A DNA stretch of 64,000 bases from IMG/VR virus record IMGVR_UViG_3300018080_000115, positions 12,695 through 76,694 of that record. One strand, given 5' to 3'. The DNA is from a virus. The notes below the pieces were generated by a model. That model had not been told where the DNA came from. It ran no database searches and worked only from the letters and a program-made list of their open reading frames with translations. Made by a program: the position numbers and the translations under genes. Of the stretch, positions 38,014 to 47,803 are shown piece after piece; the stretch's first letter is position 1, and every line of letters begins with the position of its first letter.

Positions 38014-41000
38014 ATGATGGAAGCGATTTTCTTCGGCCTGTTCCTGTTGGCATTCATGCTTGGCTACTGTTTCCATATGGGAACAGCATCTTACCGCTCA
38101 TTCAGATATCGTCTTGGTCGAGCGCGAAGCATAGCTGAAATGCTTGGCATCGTCTTCGGCATCAAGCTCGAACCTGTGAAGGATAACGTTGAAGCAACCG
38201 TTTCTGAATCGGAAGAACACTTCGCATTCGGCATTGATGACATCGATGAAGATGAATCTCTTGAAGAAGAGGCGTGCAGCTCAGAAACGTGTGGAGAGCA
38301 TGGCGAGCATTGCCCTAATCCATGCGGTATGTATGAAAACAAAGAAGATGCGGAATCTGAAGGTGACGGATTGGCCGTATGGACATCGAACATCTTAGAT
38401 TACGAAGATGAAGCGGACTCTTTAGATGATGAAGAAATGACTCCTGAAGAAGAGGCGACGTGCAACCCTGAAGTGTGCGGCGCATATGGCTCGGACCATT
38501 GCGGAGTGTGTGCGCGTGATGACGACTGCATGATTCAAAAGATCGCAGCATGCGATCCTGAAACGTACGCGGAACCATGTTCCGCTCGAACGGTTGAAGT
38601 TGAACAGGCTGACGGATCGACCAAACAGTTCACTGTCAGCGTCCCTGCAAAGTTTATTCCAATCAATCATAATAAGCTTCTCAATCACGAAGGGCATATT
38701 CAGCATATCATAGACACTTTGAAGGAAGCGATCAGGCGCTGTATTTTTGAATCAATAGTGCCTTTCGACAAGATGCAGCCTTGGGCCGCTGACATCTTGA
38801 TGGGACGCGCGCCTGCCAGATTCCCTTTGGTTGCCAAGTGTTGGGAAAGAGACAGTTCGTCCAATAGAATTCGTCTTGTCATTGGTAAGTTGTCGAAACT
38901 GATTGATATTAAGAGTGAGAGTGACCTTCATGTTCAGCACGGAGATGAATTCTATGACCCCTACATTCAATGGGAAGCCGTCCAAGAAGCCAGCGATTTT
39001 GATTATATCGCTAGAAATATACTATGTCTGATGAGAGATGGAACCTGGAAGGTGGAAGTGGGAGTGCATGATTCGATTGTTCACCTTGAAAGTCCGTCTG
39101 AAGAAGAAGAGTTGGATTTCTTCCAAAAACTCAATCTTGAAATGGATCAACAAGAAGTGATGAAAGAGCGTGCAGAAGTGGTTGCGATACAGGAAAAAAA
39201 GATCCGTCACAACCAACGGATCAATCAGCTTTCTCTTCTGTTCAATTCTCCCTTCAGCCTCAACGCTTCTTCACAATTTATCAAAGTGCCTATTGCTCAA
39301 CTGATGGCACCAATAGGCATTCTGTCGCCTGCCCCCGAACTGGAAGCAACCGTCAAACACGTCAAATGGCTTATTGATAGAATACACGAAAAATATGCAT
39401 TCTACAATATTGATACAACAATGTCATATTGTTTTAAAATTAGCGCAATTTGGTCCAGATCATACGATGGAACAATTCGTATCGCAATATGCAGCCAGAA
39501 AATCGCAGAAGCCTATCTTGAGCGCGTTCTTTCCGATGAAGGAAAAGACGGCTACAGCATTCAACAAGACGTCTCGCTGTTCTCATTCGCCAAAGAACTT
39601 GCCGCTGCATCGCTCAAAAAAGCAGATGCAAAAGTATGGCACGGGATACATCTTCTTGTCCATGAAAGCCTGTCAGACCCTGAAGTGATGGAAGCGTTCT
39701 ACAAAGCTGTGGCGGAACGTTCACAAACGACCACAAACGTAGACGAATCGGAGGAGTATCAGGTTCACGAAATCAAAGAAAAGCAAGACCGCATCATCAA
39801 GAGCGGCATCATGAACAAGGAAACCGCCTGCCCGACAACCCTTGACGTTTCCTTCGACATGTATCTTGTCCAATGGTCGAAGACCAAGCCGCAATGGGCT
39901 ATTTTCAAAGAACCGTTCGAATGGCTGAAAGAAAACGATGAATATTGCCGTCGCACGAAACATTACGTTTCGGATGCATCATTCATGATTGTTCATCATC
40001 CGCGCGAAAATGACGACTTGATCTTTGATCTGACCATCGATCATCAATCAAAGTTCGATAGTCGGTTTGGATTCACAAAACCGCAGCCGCGCAAAAAAGC
40101 ACTGGACGATCATGATAAAGTAAAACAGTTATATAACTGTCCAAAAGACAAGTCGTTCAATCTTCTTGAAAAGCTGAAGGAGCTGGATTTGATCAACAAC
40201 AAAGGCGGCGGTATCGTTGCACTGCCTGAATACTTGTGGTGGAACACTTCGATTCAGGAGATGGTTCGATTCCTGATGTTCTTCATAGGGTGCGGCGCAA
40301 CTTTTCATCTCAAGCCTTTTTCAACGAACGGTGGAAACATGGACACAACGGAAAACAGCCAGTCTTCTCAGTCGAATAAGAGCCATGGTGACAGCATCAT
40401 CAAAGGCTTCTTTGTGGATGACGATGAATTCATAAAGAACCGTAAAATCTATCAAAAGCCTGATTTCATTCCCTACTCTTCCAGCATTGAAAACTGGCTC
40501 ATCAATCACATCAGTGCTGTTTCTCAAGAGGGCTATCATCTCTGCCGCAAGGAAGGCTTGAACAAAAAGACTTTCCGATGCTGTGTCCTTTGGCGCAAGG
40601 CATCGTTCTCCGATAGACAAGAAGGAAGTCTCATTTACACAGAAGGCGTGCGCGTCATGCTGTGCGGGCAGAGCGTGATGCAAGACCCTATGCTTAACCC
40701 ATCGCGTGACAGACTGAGTGTTGGAAGTTTCAGAATCAGAAAAGACAATCCTGTTGAAGACGAAACGGATGAAAGCACGGGCGGTCATGAAGAATTCCGC
40801 TGGGAAGAGGTGGACTGGAAACAAGTTCTGGTCCAAGAAGATCGCCTGTTGAGCGAGATTGTTCAGAATCTTGTTTCCGTTTGTTCAACGGACAGCAACA
40901 AGAATCGCCTCATCTGGGTTGAGGTGCATCCGAGCATTGCGGATTATGCCAACAAAACCACTGCTGCTAAAGATGATCTTGAAAGCATCCTGGAATTGAC

Positions 41001-41448
41001 ATCCGATTCGTCGCCGTCGAAGATGCCTGAAATGTACAGCAAGACTGCATCCAACATCAGTCATTGGCTTCTGGAATACATCCATAAAATGACAGGCAAA
41101 TGGACCACGACGGATTTGATTGTCGGAGCCGTCTGGTTCCAGTTTGAAGACCGAATCACGCTGCGCTTGACCGGTTCAAGCGCCCTGAAGACTCTTGTTG
41201 AATTCAGACAAATCGTACACGACAACGGATGTTGGCAAGAACAGCCTGGAAGTTATCGCATGTTCTTCCCGTTTCCAATTGAGGATGACGATCCTTACCG
41301 AAAGACGGACATGGTCCAAGTCAACATCCCGCTGCGCGTCATCGTGGAAAACCTGCGAATACTTGCGCTGAAGGTCGAGCATGAAATCAATGTCGAAATT
41401 CGGTTCGATGCAGAATATATCGAATTGTCGAAAGGAACCGAATCATGA
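38014..41448 (+). CDS. 1144-aa membrane-anchored protein with acidic Cys-rich linker and about four diverged repeats
   Basis: N-terminal TM; W-L-I-x-x-I...W...I-R-L...V-H-x-S-I recurring. Confidence 0.8.
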   Translation: MMEAIFFGLFLLAFMLGYCFHMGTASYRSFRYRLGRARSIAEMLGIVFGIKLEPVKDNVEATVSESEEHFAFGIDDIDEDESLEEEACSSETCGEHGEHCPNPCGMYENKEDAESEGDGLAVWTSNILDYEDEADSLDDEEMTPEEEATCNPEVCGAYGSDHCGVCARDDDCMIQKIAACDPETYAEPCSARTVEVEQADGSTKQFTVSVPAKFIPINHNKLLNHEGHIQHIIDTLKEAIRRCIFESIVPFDKMQPWAADILMGRAPARFPLVAKCWERDSSSNRIRLVIGKLSKLIDIKSESDLHVQHGDEFYDPYIQWEAVQEASDFDYIARNILCLMRDGTWKVEVGVHDSIVHLESPSEEEELDFFQKLNLEMDQQEVMKERAEVVAIQEKKIRHNQRINQLSLLFNSPFSLNASSQFIKVPIAQLMAPIGILSPAPELEATVKHVKWLIDRIHEKYAFYNIDTTMSYCFKISAIWSRSYDGTIRIAICSQKIAEAYLERVLSDEGKDGYSIQQDVSLFSFAKELAAASLKKADAKVWHGIHLLVHESLSDPEVMEAFYKAVAERSQTTTNVDESEEYQVHEIKEKQDRIIKSGIMNKETACPTTLDVSFDMYLVQWSKTKPQWAIFKEPFEWLKENDEYCRRTKHYVSDASFMIVHHPRENDDLIFDLTIDHQSKFDSRFGFTKPQPRKKALDDHDKVKQLYNCPKDKSFNLLEKLKELDLINNKGGGIVALPEYLWWNTSIQEMVRFLMFFIGCGATFHLKPFSTNGGNMDTTENSQSSQSNKSHGDSIIKGFFVDDDEFIKNRKIYQKPDFIPYSSSIENWLINHISAVSQEGYHLCRKEGLNKKTFRCCVLWRKASFSDRQEGSLIYTEGVRVMLCGQSVMQDPMLNPSRDRLSVGSFRIRKDNPVEDETDESTGGHEEFRWEEVDWKQVLVQEDRLLSEIVQNLVSVCSTDSNKNRLIWVEVHPSIADYANKTTAAKDDLESILELTSDSSPSKMPEMYSKTASNISHWLLEYIHKMTGKWTTTDLIVGAVWFQFEDRITLRLTGSSALKTLVEFRQIVHDNGCWQEQPGSYRMFFPFPIEDDDPYRKTDMVQVNIPLRVIVENLRILALKVEHEINVEIRFDAEYIELSKGTES

Positions 41449-42242
41449 GCATGGAATTATCCAAGAAATGGGGCATGTTCCCTGATCCGATTGTGGGACA
41501 AGAGCATGTGAAGCGTGCGGTTGAAGTCGCTTGCGCCGGTCTGCATCAACTATGCATTGTCGGGCCGCCCGGTTGCGGCAAGACGACATTGGGCAAATGG
41601 TGTGAGCTGATTCAAAGAGAAATCGAAGTGTTCCAAAACCCCAAAGGGGGAGGGCATATTTCTGATTTTCATCTGCTTGATGACCAGAAAGCGCGTTCCG
41701 AAACATCATGCGCCGTGTCCATGGATTACTTGATTTGTCCATGCGGTTTCTTGACGTCCGAACAGCGTGTTTGTACATGCACAGCTGAAGAAATCATACG
41801 TTACAATTCTCGAATGGAACGGCTGACCGATTGCGCTCAAATGCACGTTGAGTGTGCGATTCTGAAATTTTCTGAAAAAGAGGTTCGGAATTTCTTCAAG
41901 ACCGGCAAGGAACGTACGCCCATCGAATCCCTCTTGGACAGGGTCAAAGCCGCTCAGCAAAGACAATTTCACCGTCAAGGCAACCCGAATTCAACAGCCT
42001 CATTCGAAGCGATCTTTCTAGGCTTCAAGGACAAGTCTCGTTCAAGCAAGATCATGAGTCTGTTCAAAATGTTCATTGATCGGCTGGGAATGAGCATGAA
42101 ACAGGCGACGCATATGATTCGAGTCGCCCGAACGATTGCAGATCTCGATGAATCGGACGTCATTAAGGAAGCGCACATGCTCGAAGCAGCGCAATATCGG
42201 AGTCAGCCGATCCGAACACAATGGAAGCACGATGGCGAATAA
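41445..42242 (+). CDS. Truncated, degenerate ComM/YifB (Mg-chelatase-like) AAA+ protein
   Basis: IVGQEHVKRAVEVACAG, GPPGCGKTT, CPCG..CTCT, IRVARTIADL..EAAQYR. Confidence 0.85.
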   Translation: MSMELSKKWGMFPDPIVGQEHVKRAVEVACAGLHQLCIVGPPGCGKTTLGKWCELIQREIEVFQNPKGGGHISDFHLLDDQKARSETSCAVSMDYLICPCGFLTSEQRVCTCTAEEIIRYNSRMERLTDCAQMHVECAILKFSEKEVRNFFKTGKERTPIESLLDRVKAAQQRQFHRQGNPNSTASFEAIFLGFKDKSRSSKIMSLFKMFIDRLGMSMKQATHMIRVARTIADLDESDVIKEAHMLEAAQYRSQPIRTQWKHDGE

Positions 42243-42489
42243 ACGAGACATGCTGAAGCGGATCACGGATCTGATCAAAACGCACAAGGCAAACATTGCT
42301 AAACTGAAGTCTAAGATCAAAGATGCAGAATACAATGTTGGACTGATATCAGAACAGATGTCAGATTTTCATTTTAAGATCAGAAGGCTTCAAGAACTGT
42401 CTCGCAAGGTGATGCAAGCCAGACGCGCGAATGATGTCCAGGATGAAGTCGAGCAAGCATTGCACGAAACATGCAGCGGTGCAATCTAG
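42232..42489 (+). CDS. Coiled-coil protein (TAG stop)
   Basis: Overlaps the upstream stop. Confidence 0.6.
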   Translation: MANKRDMLKRITDLIKTHKANIAKLKSKIKDAEYNVGLISEQMSDFHFKIRRLQELSRKVMQARRANDVQDEVEQALHETCSGAI

Positions 42490-42510
42490 GCAACAGCAAG
42501 GAAGGTCATT

Positions 42511-43080
42511 ATGTCGGTACTCGGAGAAATGAATCGGAATGAGCGGGAAGCATTCGCGGAAGCTGTGCGGAGTCATGCGGAAAAGCTTTACGCGATGGGA
42601 TGGAGAAGCGCAGCGATTCACAACGAAAGCGAACGCCTCATGAACGGCTTCTATTTCGTCTGGCATGCGCTTTCCAATATCATCGTAGGCAATTCCAATC
42701 AAGCGGTTTTAAACCGTGATGAACAGCACAAGCTGATGTCATACATGCATGACGAAAGACGCGACGTCATGTCTGCGCTGGAAAAAATCGGCCGCTTAAA
42801 AAGAATAAACATTCCATACGACAAAGAATCAATACACAAAGGCGATTTAGTAATAATTGAATGGAAGAACCAAGAAGGGAAGCTGATCACGCGGCAGACA
42901 GGTTTTGTTGATTCTCAAATCGATGACAAGCAGGTAATGTTGACAGGAGCTGTCAGCCCGAAAGCCTTGATCGGCCTTTCCGGACCATACTTGCTTACCG
43001 CATACACACAAGGAAGAAACGTTCATGTCGGACGCATTCAATTGAATTACAATGGCATCTTGAAAATCAAGGAGAATTGA
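42511..43080 (+). CDS. Hypothetical protein
   Basis: AAGGAAGG SD. Confidence 0.65.
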   Translation: MSVLGEMNRNEREAFAEAVRSHAEKLYAMGWRSAAIHNESERLMNGFYFVWHALSNIIVGNSNQAVLNRDEQHKLMSYMHDERRDVMSALEKIGRLKRINIPYDKESIHKGDLVIIEWKNQEGKLITRQTGFVDSQIDDKQVMLTGAVSPKALIGLSGPYLLTAYTQGRNVHVGRIQLNYNGILKIKEN

Positions 43081-43082
43081 CA

Positions 43083-43373
43083 ATGGGAAATCACCCTGAT
43101 TCTTTGGCATCGATGATTGAAAAAGTTCAAACGCTGAATGCTCGCACGCGCGAATTGCATCATGAGGTGATCCGTCTGAGACGCAATTGCTACACACTGA
43201 AACAGGCAAATGATGATTTGATCAGAATCGTCGAGCATATATATGAAATGACCAACCCGAACGGCGATCCGTCTGAGGTGCGGGCGATCCTTGAAGATCT
43301 GCGCAGTTCTTGGGACAACAATATGTTGAAAGTCAAAGGCACTGACTGGAAGGAAGACGAAAATGGCGACTGA
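43083..43373 (+). CDS. Coiled-coil protein
   Basis: AAGGAG SD. Confidence 0.6.
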   Translation: MGNHPDSLASMIEKVQTLNARTRELHHEVIRLRRNCYTLKQANDDLIRIVEHIYEMTNPNGDPSEVRAILEDLRSSWDNNMLKVKGTDWKEDENGD

Positions 43374-43761
43374 AAAGAAGAAACAAGCCACACAAGTCAT
43401 CTTTGATGAGCACGATTCGAGCAAGACCGATGACACGCAGGCGAAGACGCCTGACGAAGAAATGGTTCAGCTTCAGCCTGAAGAAGACCCCAAAGCGGAA
43501 GCGCGCAAAGCCAAACAGAAACTGTTGACGGCTGCGCTGATGGCGCAAGGCGAATCCATGGCAAGGAAGCAGGGATATGCGAGTCTTGCCGAAGCCGCCG
43601 AATCGTTTCCCAATCCGCCAAACCCTGACGGCTTTCAGCGTCAAGACGGCAACATGTCGAGCATCACGCCGAAGCGTATAGGGAAACGGCTGCTGAAAGG
43701 CGTTTCTGGAAGCGGAAAGCCGAAGCGCGGAAGAAGAAGCGGCAAGCACGTCAAAAGGTAA
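43363..43761 (+). CDS. Charged hypothetical protein
   Basis: GGAAG SD; basic C-terminus. Confidence 0.6.
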   Translation: MATEKKKQATQVIFDEHDSSKTDDTQAKTPDEEMVQLQPEEDPKAEARKAKQKLLTAALMAQGESMARKQGYASLAEAAESFPNPPNPDGFQRQDGNMSSITPKRIGKRLLKGVSGSGKPKRGRRSGKHVKR

Positions 43762-43766
43762 ACATA

Positions 43767-44270
43767 ATGAAATACAAAAAACAAGCAAAGTTCGCAGAAC
43801 CGTTTGATGCTTACCCGATCCCGGTGGACGTCGGCAAGGACGCCGCTCTGATCTTCAAAATCGATCATGACAAGAAAGCCGTACAATGGTACGGCAAGCA
43901 CATGCGCGTGACGTTCAAAGGATTGAAGCGCAAAGACCTTCAAGACACGTACTTCAAGCACTGCTTTGAGACTGGAAACGGAGTGGTCATCTGGGAAGAC
44001 GAGATTGAGACATGGGGCGATTATCGCTTGACTGCTCAGCATCTCGGTGAACTGCATGCTGAAGGTTGGGATGTCATGCACTCTTCATGGTGCGCATGCC
44101 GAAAGGACAGTAGCAACAAGCCGATTGAAGATCAAACGTGCGCGGATCAGCAATGCAGTGAATGCAGGCACGCTGGACCTTTCAAGCCTTGGGAGTTTGA
44201 AACCATCCGCATGACCGAACTGCGCGCCAAAATAGGGGAAGTCATTGGCCTGCATTGTTCCAGTTTCTGA
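43767..44270 (+). CDS. Hypothetical protein with Cys motifs
   Basis: WCAC..CSEC. Confidence 0.65.
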   Translation: MKYKKQAKFAEPFDAYPIPVDVGKDAALIFKIDHDKKAVQWYGKHMRVTFKGLKRKDLQDTYFKHCFETGNGVVIWEDEIETWGDYRLTAQHLGELHAEGWDVMHSSWCACRKDSSNKPIEDQTCADQQCSECRHAGPFKPWEFETIRMTELRAKIGEVIGLHCSSF

Positions 44271-44631
44271 ACTGCTTCCCGCCATCCCTCAGAAACGCAT
44301 CCAAGAAGAGTTTGACGCCTTTCGCGCGGCGGGTGAAGACATTGCGGCGACAATTGACAGCGAACACAGGTTTGTCTTCAAAACCAAAGAGCAATGCGTT
44401 GACAGAAGCGTAACAATCAGAATCATTCTGCCTCACAGATACCCGGATGAAGCGCCGTTTGTATTTTTCGACGGCATCAAAAGAGAGGATCTTCCGCGAT
44501 CCGACAACCAATTCATCCTGTCTGGTCAGTTCATTTGGGATCGCAACATGAACGCGCTGGATATACTGAATCGATCCCGCGAATGGCTGAAATGCTATAA
44601 TAGATGGTCCGAAACCGGAGTTTGGGATTGA
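44245..44631 (+). CDS. E2/UBC-fold protein lacking the catalytic Cys (pseudo-E2)
   Basis: KRIQEEF; IRIILPHRYPDEAPFVFF; W..M.ALDIL..EWL..Y..W..TG.W. Confidence 0.6.
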   Translation: MACIVPVSELLPAIPQKRIQEEFDAFRAAGEDIAATIDSEHRFVFKTKEQCVDRSVTIRIILPHRYPDEAPFVFFDGIKREDLPRSDNQFILSGQFIWDRNMNALDILNRSREWLKCYNRWSETGVWD

Positions 44632-44818
44632 ACTTATATTGGAAAAGAAGTATACGAAAAGAAAGGCGAAGCCGTGCGCAAGGCAAGAAGTGTTCACTTG
44701 GAAGTGATTGCAACGAATCGAACGAATATAAAAGAAGAAAGCTGACGGCGTCCGCGAAAACGACAATGTAAAAAAACAATACATCAAGGCGGTACAGCAG
44801 CATAAAGGAAGAAGTGTC

Positions 44819-45595
44819 ATGGCAATCAATCCTGCGGAAGTTCTTTCGATTCTTGCTGATAGTCAATACACCCCTGAAGAATGGGACCCGGAAACCGAAC
44901 CGATTCCACCAGAAGCAGTCGTCATCAAATGTGCTCTGAACAAGAAATGCGTCTTCCATCCGACTCGCTTGGAAAGCCATCGTGCCGAAGTGGTGGCCAT
45001 GCTGGCACAGCTCCACAATCGTTTCAAGCAGTCCAAGAACACAAAGGGGTGGACGTTGTTCGACATGAACAAGGACGCGACAGGGGCGAAATGGTCTGAC
45101 GTCTCGACGGCGCATCGTCTCGGATGTCTGGCTATCGGGCTCGAAGAAGCGGAGTGGGTCGGATTAGAATTCAAAGACACTCTTCCAGGCGGTCTGCCGT
45201 ATTTCCTCTATCTGGACGGTGAACAAAGCAGCGGAAGCGGCATCGGCGATCAATATGAATGGTCGTCTCAAGGTATTGTGACAATCGCCAATAATATGTC
45301 AAACGTAGTTGGTTCAGGAAACATCGAATCAGGAACAATGGATGTATGGGTTGTTTGCGGAGTTGAAAACAATCAACCATATGCCGTAGCAATATTCTGT
45401 GTCATTGTTGATACAGGAACAATATCTGGAACCGGAAATCCTGCTGTCGGAGACGGATTGTTGGTAAGTGATCGAAACATCAGTTGTCGAACAGTCAACG
45501 TTGTCGACAGTTATTATGAAGTACAAGTGACAAACAGCACAGGATACGAATCACGATTCCGTGCATTCAAACTGGCGTCTGTTACTACGGGATAA
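44819..45595 (+). CDS. FHPxRLE..LPGGxPY-family protein with an extra beta-rich C-terminal domain
   Basis: N-half paralogous to 45779-46237; roughly 120 extra aa. Confidence 0.7.
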   Translation: MAINPAEVLSILADSQYTPEEWDPETEPIPPEAVVIKCALNKKCVFHPTRLESHRAEVVAMLAQLHNRFKQSKNTKGWTLFDMNKDATGAKWSDVSTAHRLGCLAIGLEEAEWVGLEFKDTLPGGLPYFLYLDGEQSSGSGIGDQYEWSSQGIVTIANNMSNVVGSGNIESGTMDVWVVCGVENNQPYAVAIFCVIVDTGTISGTGNPAVGDGLLVSDRNISCRTVNVVDSYYEVQVTNSTGYESRFRAFKLASVTTG

Positions 45596-45778
45596 CATCA
45601 AACAACAAATGAAAAAGCAAGAAGGGGGACGCCGTTGAGAACCGACCATCATGCCATATCATGCTTGACTGTCTGTGATATGCCTGCTACAAAAAAATCA
45701 ACTGAAGCAGTCAAAGGCTGTATGTTCTTGATGAAAAAACGAGCGCACCAATCGTCAACCATCAACAAGGACAGACCA

Positions 45779-46237
45779 ATGATCAGCGCCGAACGAGTTC
45801 ATGAAATTCTGAAAGATTGCCTCTACAAAGAAGAGGAACTGAATCCTGAAACGCCTGATGAACCGCCTGAAGAAGCAATCATTGCAAAAGGAATTCAAAC
45901 CATTTTTGCCTTCCATCCTGAACGGCTTGAGAATCATCGAGAAGAAGTGAAAGAAATACTGGAAGAATTGCCCGAAGCATTCAGGATCAGCAAAGGCGGC
46001 GGATGGTCGTTCCTGAACATGACCACAACTCAGGAGAATATTCTTCAGAACCGCAACAGTCCTGAACCTTGGGGGGAACAAGCTGCCGCTCAAGAACTGG
46101 CGTGCCTTGCCATCGGCTTGGGTCTTGGCGAATGGATAGGAGTGGAAATGCAGGAAGCTTTACCGGGCGGCATGCCGTACTTCGTCTATTATGACGTCGA
46201 AATTCCCAACGAACACAAAGAAGAAGAATCAAGATGA
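45779..46237 (+). CDS. FHPxRLE..GGGWSF..LPGGMPY-family phage protein
   Basis: AAGGACAGACCA-ATG. Confidence 0.75.
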   Translation: MISAERVHEILKDCLYKEEELNPETPDEPPEEAIIAKGIQTIFAFHPERLENHREEVKEILEELPEAFRISKGGGWSFLNMTTTQENILQNRNSPEPWGEQAAAQELACLAIGLGLGEWIGVEMQEALPGGMPYFVYYDVEIPNEHKEEESR

Positions 46238-47289
46238 TGATCAAGAAGCAGTCAGAAGATTTTGAAGATCCTGCCATCGGGTTGGACGAAACGCCTGAGA
46301 TGATTCTGATGGGGAGAAAAGCGGCTAGTGCAACAACCGAATTGATCAATGAAAGCATGGTGAGGCGCGTCAAGGAAAAAGGAACCGCCAATCCGTTCAA
46401 GAGCATTCTGCTGCCAGGAGAATGCATCTTTCAGATGCTGCCAAAAGGAGAGCAATATGTTCCATCCCATTGGTTCACGTTTGTTGTGAGAATCGAGCAT
46501 CATGACAGCGATGATCATGAAGTTTTTCCATACGGTCATTACGAATGGATCTCTCAACATTGCAGCGCGGGCGCGCTTTCGGCACATGACCAAGAAGAGA
46601 CTGAAAAAATCGCCGAAATCTTTGCTGGCATATTCGGCAATGCCGCTCTACGGTTGATCGCCTATTACGGCATAAGCCAGGAAGAGCAGATGAAGCAGCA
46701 GCACGACGGTCGCGAAAGAGCGATGATGGTAGCGGCGAAAGAGCTGAATCCGATCACCGAAGTCGACAATTCCATCAAACACTTTCTTGACGATATCGAT
46801 GTTGCCGAAGTCATGATGAACATTTGCGACACGATGGAGAAAGGGTCATGGTTTGATCGTGTCATCAAACGGCTTCTGAGACAGACGTTCCGAAATCATG
46901 TGCGGGATGTCCGCAACGAAGAAATCCGTGCTCACAAAGCCGAAAACCTGAACCTAGGACGCTTCGCCGATACGGTCGACTTTCTCGCTGAATGGCTCCT
47001 GCACCAGATTGACGAATACCGCCTGCATCCTGAAAGCGCGATGTTGGATGTTCAGCCATCAGTCATCAAGCACGAAAATTACGACATTCAGAACGCAAAC
47101 GGGCTTCTCCTTGGAAGACTCCAAGACATCCGAAAGACCTTTGCCGATAAGCTGAAAACAGACGAAGACGTTCCGCAAGACGTCCAAAAAGCAATTGCGG
47201 CAATGGTTGAAGAAGATACGGTCAATCGCATCGAAGAAGCAATCAGAACGCAGGGACACAAAGCGGGCGATGATGAAACTGACGCTTGA
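46234..47289 (+). CDS. Hypothetical protein
   Basis: 351 codons, ATGA overlap. Confidence 0.7.
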   Translation: MMIKKQSEDFEDPAIGLDETPEMILMGRKAASATTELINESMVRRVKEKGTANPFKSILLPGECIFQMLPKGEQYVPSHWFTFVVRIEHHDSDDHEVFPYGHYEWISQHCSAGALSAHDQEETEKIAEIFAGIFGNAALRLIAYYGISQEEQMKQQHDGRERAMMVAAKELNPITEVDNSIKHFLDDIDVAEVMMNICDTMEKGSWFDRVIKRLLRQTFRNHVRDVRNEEIRAHKAENLNLGRFADTVDFLAEWLLHQIDEYRLHPESAMLDVQPSVIKHENYDIQNANGLLLGRLQDIRKTFADKLKTDEDVPQDVQKAIAAMVEEDTVNRIEEAIRTQGHKAGDDETDA

Positions 47290-47305
47290 AAAGGAACCAC
47301 ACAGC

Positions 47306-47794
47306 ATGCAGACGAAGCAAAAGACTCCCATCAATCAGATCGTATTGAATGACGACATCTATTGGATGCTGTTGCGTTTGCAGGCATCTGGATCGCTGCA
47401 TTATGAACACGAAACGCCGACAGCGCCTTTGATTGATCTCTTGATTAAGGAAGGAGTCGCAGACGTTTCGGACCAGACAGTGACAATTACTGAACGCGGA
47501 AGAAAAGTATTGGAGAAGCGTGACGCTGTTGATCTGTTGTTGAAGACCATTCAAGGCGCGAAGCCGAAAAAGAAGAAGCAAGAACAATGCGGCGAAGAAG
47601 CCGAAGTCGAAACGATCCAAGTGGATGACTGCTTTGAATGTAACTTCTGTACGATTTCAGGAACAGGAGACGAAGCATACTGCGATGACTGTCCCGACAA
47701 CGAAAGCAGGTTCATCGGCTATATCGCAGACGGCTTCAACATTCCCAGTTTCTGCAAACGCAGAGGAACTTCAGCAATCATCAAATGGAACTGA
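47306..47794 (+). CDS. wHTH-like domain plus CxxCxxC..YCxxC protein
   Basis: VTITERGRKVLE; CFECNFC..AYCDDCP. Confidence 0.6.
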   Translation: MQTKQKTPINQIVLNDDIYWMLLRLQASGSLHYEHETPTAPLIDLLIKEGVADVSDQTVTITERGRKVLEKRDAVDLLLKTIQGAKPKKKKQEQCGEEAEVETIQVDDCFECNFCTISGTGDEAYCDDCPDNESRFIGYIADGFNIPSFCKRRGTSAIIKWN

Positions 47795-47803
47795 AGGAAG
47801 AAA

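Noticed and set aside
41445-42242. This AAA+ as the sigma54 activator
   Set aside because: No GAFTGA loop or C-terminal Fis-type HTH; motifs are ComM/YifB-type
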